Notes under the pieces: generated by a model
Database searches by the model: none
What the model was told of the DNA's origin: nothing
What the model saw: only the letters and a program-made list of their open reading frames with translations
Made by a program: the position numbers and the translations under genes
From: Bugula neritina
Lineage: Eukaryota > Animalia > Bryozoa
Length of the DNA: 64,000 nucleotides
Assembly: GCA_964035545.1 (NCBI GenBank)
Contig: OZ037769.1
Location: 17,452,633-17,516,632 of the forward strand
Reading direction: 5' to 3'
In this document: piece by piece, positions 13,738 through 26,495 of the stretch
Layout of the letters: the number at the start of each line of letters is the position of its first letter
Position numbering within the stretch: the first letter of the stretch is position 1

Positions 13738-14002
13738 ACACTCAACTGTACTGTGATATAGTATATAGACACTCAACTGTACTGTGATATAGTATATAGA
13801 CACTCAACTGTACTGTGATATAGTATATAGACACTCAACTGTACTGTGATATAGTATATAGACACTCAACTGTACTGTGATATAGTATATAGACACTCAA
13901 CTGTACTGTGATATAGTATATAGACACTCAACTGTACTGTGATATAGTATATAGACACTTAACTGTACTGTGATATAGTATATAGACACTCAACTGTACT
14001 GT
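13738..14002. repeat. 31-bp minisatellite (acactcaactgtactgtgatatagtatatag), ~8 copies
   Basis: Near-perfect tandem repeats without spacers. Confidence 0.95.
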
Positions 14003-14221
14003 GTATTGTGATACAGTTTTAGAAGGGTTTCGTGCAGTTTCTTCAAATAGCCTTTGCTCCATTGAAACTTTGTACTTGTGGAGCTTCAAACTCAAATCCT
14101 GGACCAAAAGTTATAATTCCTACAATTTTGCACTTAACTGGAAGAAATGGTGAAACTGTATCATTATATATAGAAAATGTATAAATATATAGAAAGCATA
14201 TATGATATATTATATGGAAGC

Positions 14222-14224
<3 letters not shown>

Positions 14225-14305
<81 letters not shown>
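14225..14305. repeat. (TA)n microsatellite
   Basis: Dinucleotide run. Confidence 0.95.
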
Positions 14306-14309
<4 letters not shown>

Positions 14310-14780
14310 TGACATAGTTACAAGAAATATTCCTACATATATTATGACAGTCAATATGCAAGTGTATATAGTGTATAGTGTATATAACTACTGTGTATGC
14401 TACACCAACATAACCAGTTTAAACCTTCTTCTAGTCTGCATTCATCTTGAGAAATTATATTGTATTATTATTCTTGTATATTATTCTTTAAAAATACAAG
14501 TTTTAAATAGAAAATGCAAGTAACTACAAGTTGCTTATACAACATTGTATTATATATTAGCATGTTATGTTTTATTTCTGGTGATATTGTATAAAAGGGG
14601 GGGGGGCGGTATACAGCGTACCGATAATACTATTCAAGGTGAAACAGGCAAAACACTACAGGTAAAAGGTAAAAGGTAAAAGGTAAACAAGGTAAAACAC
14701 TACGTCACTATTGAGCGGAGTAGCTGTTTACAAACTCTGCAGAATAGTCAACACAACATCCTGTTTAGAAGTAAATCACA

Positions 14781-15669
14781 TGTTTACCCTCCAAGTGGTG
14801 GTGTTTACCCTCCAAGTGGTGGTGTTTACCCTCCAAGTGCTGGTGTTTACCCTCCAAGTGCTGGTGTTTACCCTCCAAGTGCTGGTGTTTGCCCTCCAAG
14901 TGCTGGTGTTTACCCTCCAAGTGCTGGTGTTTACCCTCCAAGTGCTGGTGTTTACCCTCCAAGTGCTGGTGTTTACCCTCCAAGTGCTGGTGTTTACCCT
15001 CCAAGTGCTGGTGTTTACCCTCCAAGTGCTGGTGTTTACCCTCCAAGTGCTGGTGTTTACCCTCCAAGTGCTGGTGTTTACCCTCCAAGTGCTGGTGTTT
15101 ACCCTCCAAGTGCTGGTGTTTACCCTCCAAGTGCTGGTGTTTACCCTCCAAGTGCTGGTGTTTACCCTCCAAGTGCTGGTGTTTACCCTCCAAGTGCTGG
15201 TGTTTACCCTCCAAGTGCTGGTGTTTACCCTCCAAGTGCTGGTGTTTACCCTCCAAGTGGTGGTGTTTACCCTCCAAGTGCTGGTGTTTACCCTCCAAGT
15301 GGTGGTGTTTACCCTCCAAGTGGTGGTGTTTACCCTCCAAGTGCTGGTGTTTACCCTCCAAGTGCTGGTGTTTACCCTCCAAGTGCTGGTGTTTACCCTC
15401 CAAGTGCTGGTGTTTACCCTCCAAGTGCTGGTGTTTACCCTCCAAGTGGTGGTGTTTACCCTCCAAGTGCTGGTGTTTACCCTCCAAGTGCTGGTGTTTA
15501 CCCTCCAAGTGGTGGTGTTTACCCTCCAAGTGCTGGTGTTTACCCTCTAAGTGCTGGTGTTTACCCTCCAAGTGCTGGTGTTTACCCTCCAAGTGCTGGT
15601 GTTTACCCTCCAAGTGGTGGTGTTTACCCTCCAAGTGCTGGTGTTTACCCTCCAAGTGGTGGTGTTTAC
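14781..15669. repeat. 21-bp minisatellite (gtgtttaccctccaagtgctg), ~42 copies
   Basis: Tandem repeats with one variable c/g position. Confidence 0.95.
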
Positions 15670-16224
15670 TGTTGTTACTCCATAGTATTGAGTCTATGAA
15701 TTTCACTTCTAGTTGACAATCACACAAATATTTGTCCAACTGATGAATAAAGGGGCACCTCGGTGCTGGGGTATCCCTTACCCCCTGATTGTATCACGTG
15801 TTGCATCAATACCTCTATTCTATTTGTAAGGCCGTGCAACTTCAATACACTCCGTGATCTGTTGTTGCAATACACTCAGCCAATCACATTGACGAATCAA
15901 ATAACCTAAGTTCTTAAGGCTGTGCATTAATTGTTTGAGCACTCAATAAGACACCCAATCAATCAACTCAATTTAATGTACGACTTTAACAAATTTTCGC
16001 AACAATACAGTTCTAATTGGGGAATGTGGCTGATGTCACCGGAGTAACTCGAGTTGTATATAACTTATGGGACGTCAACTTCGCTTCAATCTGTACTCTA
16101 CTACAACGTATAGCAACACCTATAGCAACACGTATAGCAACACGTTAACTCATTGCTTGTTAAAGCATTTCAAATTCTCATTAACTATTCAATTAACTTA
16201 CCAGCGTGAACACTTGAGGTAAAC

Positions 16225-17760
16225 ATGGGGAACCTATCGGACAAAGATCACGGCGAACTACGCTGTGGCAGCCATTTGGATTCAGAAGGGAACTTTGATA
16301 CTATCGACAGAGACTTCAAATATGAAGGGTTCTCTCGGGCTAGCAGACGCTCTCCACAAAGCTCGCCAAATGCCAAGGTCAGGAAGAGCAGCCGAAGGAA
16401 GTCGATTGGCCGATCTCCTTCAGGGCGCAGGAGGGCGTCCTTCAAGGCCAAACAGTCGGTCAGAAACCGACTCATCAGACGGAACTCCAGTGTGAAGAGC
16501 ATCGAGAGAAAGTCCAGCTCAGTGGCTCTCATTGCTGACATGGAGGTCAAGGTGGACGGGAAAGTCGCTAAGTAAGCAGACGTTATACGCTCTCTATAGA
16601 TATCATAGTCTTACCCTGCTTTCTCCAAACATTTGCATGACTCATACTTTAGTGAAATGGTTTTAGAGAAAGCAGTTTGGAAATCAATTAATAATTTTAG
16701 TAATAATATGCAGAAAAGTGATCAAATCAGTTTTGTGACTCATAGCAACTGTTTTAGAGAAATATTATGTTGTATTTGAAATCATTAGTCATTGCTAGTT
16801 TAAAATGAACCAATCATATACATAGAATAATGTTGCTATGGAAACTCGTATGTTATTACTGTGCACTGCCCAAGTAATCTGTCATATACTTGTCATATAT
16901 ATGTCATATTCCTGGCATTGTGCTGCGAAGTGTCATAAATAGGTCATGCTCTTCTTGTGCCAGTAACTCCAAGTGCTGTCTGCAAGAATGTTGAACCAGT
17001 GCTACCAAACATCATAACTTATTTATGATCCATCACCTGGCTACTATGTTTTTATTGCTATTGGATTTGGTGTTAAATTTGACGTGAATTCAATTCGGCA
17101 ATTTGAGTAGAAGTTTCAAACTGCTGCTCATAGATTCAATGACTCTTGAAATATTAAAGTCAGCATGTCATAATAAAGTTTCAAAGTCTGTAGGATGTTT
17201 GTATTTATGCTGACTCTATTTATGCTGACTCTGTTTACTCCAGACTAGTGCTGAGGAACAGCGTGCTACGGAGAAGAGCTCAGGCTACAAAAACCGGACC
17301 AACCAGCAGTCCTGTTGAGTCACGGAAAGTGCCGGAAGCCGAGCCAGCAGTCAGCCCTCTGCGATCACCTCGAGAGAGAAAACCTCGACACAATGCGCCA
17401 AAAGACTCGCTGAAAATCCACTCGGCGGAGCAGCTGCGACAGTCGAGTTTAGAGAAGAGGACGTCTTGTGAGGCAGCCGCTCCTCTCGGCAGCAGCGATG
17501 AGGCTCACACATACGGTGGTGATGTCACACACAACTACACAAACAACAACAATAACAACACTAAGACAGAGTCTACCAAACCTTCTAGAGTTACTGAGAG
17601 TAGATATATAAGTACCAACACTCCAGCCAATATTACTAGTAGACTTAGTACCACCACTCCAGACAATATTACTAGTAGACTTAGTACCAACACTCCAGCC
17701 AATATTACTAGTAGACTTAGTACCAACACTCCAGACAATATTACTAGTAGACTTAGTTGA
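16225..17760 (+). CDS. Two-exon gene for an uncharacterised Arg/Ser/Lys-rich disordered protein (16225-16571, 17244-17760)
   Basis: ATG 16225; two GC-richer blocks in AT-rich DNA; donor GCTAA|gtaagc (16571/2) and acceptor tttactccag|A (17243/4) join in frame (..GKVAK-LVLRNSVLRRR..); no recognisable domain. Confidence 0.6.
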
Positions 17761-18283
17761 CAATATTACTAGTAGACTTAGTACCACCACTCCAGACAAT
17801 ATTACTAGTAGACTTAGTTCCAACACTCCAGACAATATTACTAGTAGACTTAGTACCAACACTCCAGACAATATTACTAGTAGACTTAGTACCAACACTC
17901 CAGACAATATTACTAGTAGACTTAGTACCACCACTCCAGACAATATTACTAGCAGACTTAGTACCAACACTCCAGACAATATTACTAGTAGACTTAGTAC
18001 CAACACTCCAGACAATATTACTAGTAGACTTAGTTCCAACACTCCAGACAATATTACTAGTAGACTCAGTTCCAACACGCCAGACAATATTACTAGTAGA
18101 CTTAGTTCCAACACTCCAGACAATATTACTAGTAGACTTAGTACCAACACTCCAGACAATATTACTAGTAGACTTAGTACCAACACTCCAGACAATATTA
18201 CTAGTAGACTTAGTACCAACACTCCAGACAATATTACTAGTAGACTTAGTACCAACACTCCAGACAACATTACTAGTAGACTT
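17611..18283. repeat. 36-bp minisatellite (agtaccaacactccagacaatattactagtagactt; STNTPDNITSRL), ~19 copies, one unit missing 11 bp
   Basis: Tandem repeats overlapping the 3' end of the orphan ORF. Confidence 0.95.
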
Positions 18284-18714
18284 GGTAAACTGGTTGTTTC
18301 TCCCATCACAGATGTCTAACCCTATTTACTCATTGTTATTTTCATATATTATATATATTTATATATTATATATATTTATATATTATATATATTTATATAT
18401 TATATCTACATGTAAAGCACAATTACCATGGGCTAGTCAAGATACTCAGGTTTCATTGTATTATAAAGGTAGTCATGTGATAATAACATTGCTTCACTCA
18501 GTCTTTCATCTGGTATTATATTATATACTCAAATAGTACTTCATTGTCTTCAATTTATTTAAATATTATACTGTTTCCTTATAACATATCTATATTTAGA
18601 GCATTATTATGTGATGTAGAAGGGAAATGTTACATAATAAAGTTATATACTATCTACTATATACTCTGTGATATACTATAATATACTAGCATATTGAGCT
18701 AGCAGTGATGACTA

Positions 18715-20060
18715 ACTCACTATATACTCACTGTACACTCACTGTACACTCACTGTACACTCACTGTACACTCACTGTACACTCACTGTACACTCACTGT
18801 ACACTCACTGTACACTCACTGTACACTCACTGTACACTCACTGTACACTCACTGTACACTCACTGTACACTCACTGTACACTCACTGTACACTCACTGTA
18901 CACTCACTGTACACTCACTGTACACTCACTGTACACTCACTGTACACTCACTGTACACTCACTGTACACTCACTGTACACTCACTGTACACTCACTGTAC
19001 ACTCACTGTACACTCACTGTACACTCACTGTACACTCACTGTACACTCACTGTACACTCACTGTACACTCACTGTACACTCACTGTACACTCACTGTACA
19101 CTCACTGTACACTCACTGTACACTCACTGTACACTCACTGTACACTCACTGTACACTCACTGTACACTCACTGTACACTCACTGTACACTCACTGTACAC
19201 TCACTGTACACTCACTGTACACTCACTGTACACTCACTGTACACTCACTGTACACTCACTGTACACTCACTGTACACTCACTGTACACTCACTGTACACT
19301 CACTGTACACTCACTGTACACTCACTGTACACTCACTGTACACTCACTGTACACTCACTGTACACTCACTGTACACTCACTGTACACTCACTGTACACTC
19401 ACTGTACACTCACTGTACACTCACTGTACACTCACTGTACACTCACTGTACACTCACTGTACACTCACTGTACACTCACTGTACACTCACTGTACACTCA
19501 CTGTACACTCACTGTACACTCACTGTACACTCACTGTACACTCACTGTACACTCACTGTACACTCACTGTACACTCACTGTACACTCACTGTACACTCAC
19601 TGTACACTCACTGTACACTCACTGTACACTCACTGTACACTCACTGTACACTCACTGTACACTCACTGTACACTCACTGTACACTCACTGTACACTCACT
19701 GTACACTCACTGTACACTCACTGTACACTCACTGTACACTCACTGTACACTCACTGTACACTCACTGTACACTCACTGTACACTCACTGTACACTCACTG
19801 TACACTCACTGTACACTCACTGTACACTCACTGTACACTCACTGTACACTCACTGTACACTCACTGTACACTCACTGTACACTCACTGTACACTCACTGT
19901 ACACTCACTGTACACTCACTGTACACTCACTGTACACTCACTGTACACTCACTGTACACTCACTGTACACTCACTGTACACTCACTGTACACTCACTGTA
20001 CACTCACTGTACACTCACTGTACACTCACTGTACACTCACTGTACACTCACTATACACTC
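18715..20060. repeat. 11-bp minisatellite (actcactgtac), ~120 copies
   Basis: Essentially perfect tandem array. Confidence 0.97.
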
Positions 20061-20217
20061 AATGAGGTTATTAAGTCCATCAAAGGGCTGATTGTTCATT
20101 ATATACACAAACAGTAGAGCTGACACTAACACTTGTAGTTTAGTTAGTTACGTTTATTTACTGCATGACTAATACTGGCTATGATGTCATCAAAGTAGCA
20201 TCAGTTCTAAAAAGTTC

Positions 20218-21616
20218 TCTAAGCTACGATGTAGCACTTGAGTTATAAAGATAAGAGCAGAGGCTATATCTTGACTTGATGTGTCAAGTGGGACTTGGGA
20301 TTGAATAGTATAACCCAAGACACGACTTGTTAAAGTAAACAGCTGCAGTGTAGAGAAGTTTATGCGTTGATGTCGATTTCTGCAGTGAAGTTATGAGAGT
20401 TGAAAAAAAGAAAAAGACACACACAGACCACAGAGTGTCGAGAGTAAACAGTATAAATATAAGCTGTTATAAAGTTGATAATGTTGTCACACTGTACTGT
20501 AGCAGTGAAGACTTGCTGTATTGTCAGAAGGTTTGGTTTAGGCTGAGTAAATATTCATTCATGTTGAAGTGCAGCTGAATTTAATAATCACAGGGATACA
20601 TTGAAAGTTAAAGTCAAACAGCTTCTTTGCATTTTACTTTCAATCTGATTGAATTATTAGATGTATTGCTTATAGTGATTATAACTTGTAGATGACTGCA
20701 TGCATCTTTCAGCTATTATCTGGAGAAAAATATGGAAATAAAATAATTATTATTTGATAATATTTTTATTTAAAGCCTACAGTTGACTAGTCATTAGAAT
20801 TACTTCAAAAGTTTAGATAATATAGTAGAAACTGCCCCAATGAATCTACTACCAGCTGATTCACAGTGGCCTTGACTTTCATAATGCTGACTTGGACAGA
20901 ATAGTCTAGGAACCTGCTGTGGCTATTTCCCAGGCTATATAGTCACATGTTGTTTCATCACTATAGTCAAGTGGGTTTAGTATGTCACAGATTGTGTCAG
21001 TATTTCAGACTAGAGTCTGTCTTACATTGGTATAACTTTATAGTTTATATTAATAATGTATAATAGGTAGTGACTATGTAAACAATATTGTGCCACATTT
21101 TCAAGGAGAAGATAACTTCCTTTAATAACTACTACTATAATAATTACTATTAGTACATGTAACTGGGTATAATGAGTATATTTCAAGATACTGCATTCAG
21201 ATTGCTGTAATTTATATGTTCAAATTAAATAGACATTGCCATAGCAACAGTTTAAACAAGGAAGCAGATTTCTATGTTTAGAGTTGGAACATTTCCTGCT
21301 TTCTCTACTCAACAGTTAAATGAAGGGTTTAGAAATAATAAATATAGTAAGATACATTTAGTATATAATCCAGGAGTCATCATAGAGTTTCACAACTTAG
21401 TCACTCAGACACTTACAAGGTAAATACATATAGAGCTCTGTCTGTTCTAGCTGGTAGTGGAAATATATTATAATATAATGACAGTATATAGTCTCTTCTA
21501 GTATGTTACAGGGATCGAAGGAAGCAATATGCTGGTAATGTATATACATATATATAATGTATATATATAATGTATATACAATATAATGTATATAATATAA
21601 TGTATATATATATATT

Positions 21617-21691
<75 letters not shown>

Positions 21692-24600
21692 GTATATATA
21701 TATATACTTAGAGAAATGAGATTATTAGCTTGTTATTATGATGTGAAACTTGTGGGTGTATAAATCCAAATTGTCAAATAAAAACTAACTGCTAAACTAT
21801 AATCTCATTTATTCATTTCAAATTTCTGTAATTTTTCAGATTTTCTTATACTTTATTATAGAGAGATAAGTATAAACCCGATTCCTAACTACACACTGTA
21901 TTACTACGCCTCACTCTCAGCTACACTGTATTACTACGCCTCACTCTCAGCTACACTGTATTACTACGCCTCACTCTCAGCTACACTGTATTACTACGCC
22001 TAACAGTAACGATCTAGTGTTGTAAATATACGTTGTGTTGGAAGGTTTGCTGCTGCATACATTTGTTATATTATTTGTAACATATTCACATTGCTAGAAA
22101 GACAACTAAAATATGGTGAGTAGAGTGAAGGGAATAATTTGGAGAAACTAAAAGGATGTTTATGATTTTATTGCTGCAAACAAATACCATGATGGTGCAT
22201 GTCTGTGGTACAATATTATTACTACTTTAGCTGCATAAGTCAAAAATAAATAAATCATTTCATTAAAAACATAGTTAAAAGCGATAAAGTAATAAAATAT
22301 ATATTCCCATAACCTAGTCTCATGTAACCATGTATTTCTATATATATAATAATAAACTATATATCATGTGAAAAATTGTACATAAAATAAGAATTTAAAA
22401 TGTAGGCTACTCATTATATTACTGTAAAAAGCAGAACGCAGGTCAAATAGTCTGAGAGAGAGTCTAGTAGCACTATTCTATAGTAGCACTATTTTAGTAG
22501 CACTATTCTAGGAGATGACAGTTTTGTTGGGTTTTCTATTTATCTATCAGCTAGAACAAGAAATTAAACTACAGTCACTACAAACATTGTCTGTTATCAC
22601 AGCAACACACAAACCCCACCATTGTCATTCATACAGTATACTATATATTACATATACTTCATATAAACTTCTTAATCCATTGCTTTATGTATCTGACATT
22701 AATTTCCAAGCAGAAACACTGCAAACCCTGCAACAGCAGATACACCTGCAACAACAACACCAGCAGCAGCAACAAAAGGTGCTGCCACAAATCCACCAAC
22801 AGCTGCAGCGAGAGCTCCAACAACCAAACCTATGGCAACGCCGCCTCGTAAATTAGCACGTTTTTTCATTTCAGTTTCAAGTTTCTTTAGCTCTTTCTCG
22901 TGAGCAGCTTTATCCTTCTTCAACTCTGCCATATATTTCTTTCTATCATTTGCAACAGATTCAATTTTTTTACGCATGCCTTCCTGGTGCTTTTTTAGTA
23001 TCTTCATATCAGAGGCGTGATCTTTTTCTTTCTTCCTTAGACTTTCTTTTGCGTAATCTAATCTTCTGTCTGCTCTCTTTTCAACTCTCCAATTTTTAGC
23101 CTCTGCACGTTGTTTTTCGAGGTCATCAACAACCTTCCGATTATTTGTGACAGTTTCCTGAAAGAAGCTTTCACACTTCTCAATCAAAGCTGTCACATCT
23201 TCTAGTTGCTGGACAAGCAAACTTTCAAGTTTGCCTTCTTTTGCTGCCTTCAACTCAGCTTCCATACTTCTAAGTTTCTCTCTTGTAAAATAGCTCATTG
23301 CAATCAACCGAGCATCAATGATGTTTTCTTCCAGTTCAGATTGGTATTTCCTAAAATACAGATATATAGGTAGTTAATTGTCTCGACATTTAAAAGTAAG
23401 AAAGAATTAGAAATTTAAATGACGTAATAAAAATGAGATGAGAAAAATTACTTAACCTAAAACTTGGCGATTCTAAGACTCTGTGATATTTAGCCTCACG
23501 CTGAAATCTCTTTCTGAAGGTCTCAGCTGTCTCCTCTAAGGCAGACTTCAGTTCCTCACTTTCTGAATACTTTTTCAGTTCACTAGACTCCACATGCTAA
23601 ATAGAAACAGGAGTCTTATATAATCAACAGTTTTGAGTTAAACAAGAACAATTCATATTTTCTGTCATCAAGCAGTGTTGAGTAATTACCAAGTTGTTGT
23701 GTTAAACCTGATCCCATTAAGTAAACTGAGAGTAGTTTTATTCAGTATAAGTAACTTTTTTTGTCTCCATGTGACCATGACTAAGCCTCAGAGTCAGATA
23801 GTATTATACGCTAGTATCACTCTATAAGCACTCTAAACATGTGATGTAACAAATCTCTCGATTTAAGTAAACTGGCATACTATAAGCTAAACAATCAGGT
23901 AAACAAGACTTACTTTGAACATCTCTACTTGACATATCTTTGAAACCTCGGTATAGATTTTACGACATGTAATATCTTCTAAATAGTCTTTAGGAATCAC
24001 CAGGGGAGGTAAATCTTCGTCTTCATACCTTTTTCTGATTGCCTGATAATATTATAACGCATTTATACCTGCATGTACTACATAGATAATATACATATAG
24101 CAAATATATAATATACATATACTAAATATATAATATACATATACTAAACATATAATATACATATACTAAATATATAATATACATATACTAAATATATAAT
24201 ATACATATACTAAATATATAATATACATATACTAAATATATAATATACATATACTAAACATATAATATACATATACTAAACATATAATATACATATACTA
24301 AATATATAATATACATATACTAAACATATAATATACATATACTAAATATATAATATACATATACTAAATATATAATATACATATACTAAACATATAATAT
24401 ACATATACTAAATATATAATATACATATACTAAATATATAATATACATATACTAAATATATAATATACATATACTAAATATATAATATACATATAGCAAA
24501 TATATAATATACATATACTAAACATATAATATACATATACTAAATATATAATATACATATACTAAATATATAATATACATACACTAAATATATAATATAC

Positions 24601-26495
24601 ATATAGCAAATATATAATATACATATACTAAACATATAATATACATATACTAAACATATAATATACATATACTAAATATATAATATACATATACTAAACA
24701 TATAATATACATATACTAAATATATAATATACATATACTAAATATATAATATACATATACTAAACATATAATATACATATACTAAATATATAATATACAT
24801 ATACTAAATATATAATATACATATACTAAATATATAATATACATATACTAAATATATAATATACATATAGCAAATATATAATATACATATACTAAACATA
24901 TAATATACATATACTAAATATATAATATACATATACTAAATATATAATATACATACACTAAATATATAATATACATATAGCAAATATATAATATACATAT
25001 ACTAAACATATAATATACATATACTAAACATATAATATACATATACTAAATATATAATATACATATAGCAAATATATAATATACATATACTAAATATATA
25101 ATATACATATACTAAATATATAATATACATATACTAAACATATAATATACATATACTAAACATATAATATACATATACTAAATATATAATATACATATAC
25201 TAAACATATAATATACATATACTAAATATATAATATACATATACTAAACATATAATATACATATACTAAATATATAATATACATATACTAAACATATAAT
25301 ATACATATACTAAATATATAATATACATATACTAAATATATAATATACATATACTAAACATATAATATACATATAGCAAATATATATTATACATATACTA
25401 AATATATAATATACATATACTAAACATATAATATACATATACTAAACATATAATATACATATACTAAATATATAATATACATATACTAAATATATAATAT
25501 ACATATACTAAACATATAATATACATATAGCAAATATATATTATACATATACTAAAAATATAATATACATATACTAAACATATAATATACATATACTAAA
25601 CATATAATATACATATACTAAATATATAATATACATATACTAAACATATAATATACATATACTAAATATATAATATACATATACTAAACATATAATATAC
25701 ATATACTAAATATATAATATACATATACTAAACATATAATATACATATACTAAATATATAATATACATATACTAAACATATAATATACATATAATAAATA
25801 TATAATATACATATACTAAACATATAATATACATATACTAAATATATAATATACATATACTAAACATATAATATACATACATGTATATTAAACATATAAT
25901 ATGCATATAATAAATATATAATATGCATATACTAAATATATAATATACACACACTATATATATTATACATATACTAAACATATAATATACATACATGTAT
26001 ATTAAACATATAATATGCATATAATAAACATATAATATGCATATAATAAACATATAATATACATATACTAAATATATAATATGCATATAATAAATATATA
26101 ATATACATATACTATATATATTATACATATACTAAATATATAACATACATATATTAAATATATAATATACATATACTAAATATATAATATACATATACTA
26201 AATATATATTATACATATACTAAATATATAATATACATAATTATACTAAATACATAATATACATATACTAAATATATAATATACATATACTAAATATATA
26301 ATATACATATACTAAATATATAATATACATATACTAAACAATATTTAATATTATACTTAATATAGCCTCACCTCCAAGACATGCACAGGCTCCATTGCAG
26401 TGTCCCAGCAGTGTTGCTTTGTTCTTTGGTTGTCCATGTGAGAAACTCTTCGAAACAAACTCTTTGCTGAACTCAGAAAACTTGCTTTAATTTCT
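20218..26495. repeat. Segmental/tandem duplication, copy A (paralogous to ~52720-62095)
   Basis: Co-linear match from ctaagctacgatgtagcacttga (~20220 vs ~52722) through GTPase exon 7. Confidence 0.9.

Noticed and set aside
12020-15739. Periodic ORFs in several frames and CRISPR-like regular repeats
   Set aside because: Head-to-tail minisatellites with no unique spacers and no cas genes; the ORFs arise from stop-free units.
18705-20117. 470-aa ORF (HSLYTHCTLTV)n
   Set aside because: Translation of a pure 11-bp tandem array.
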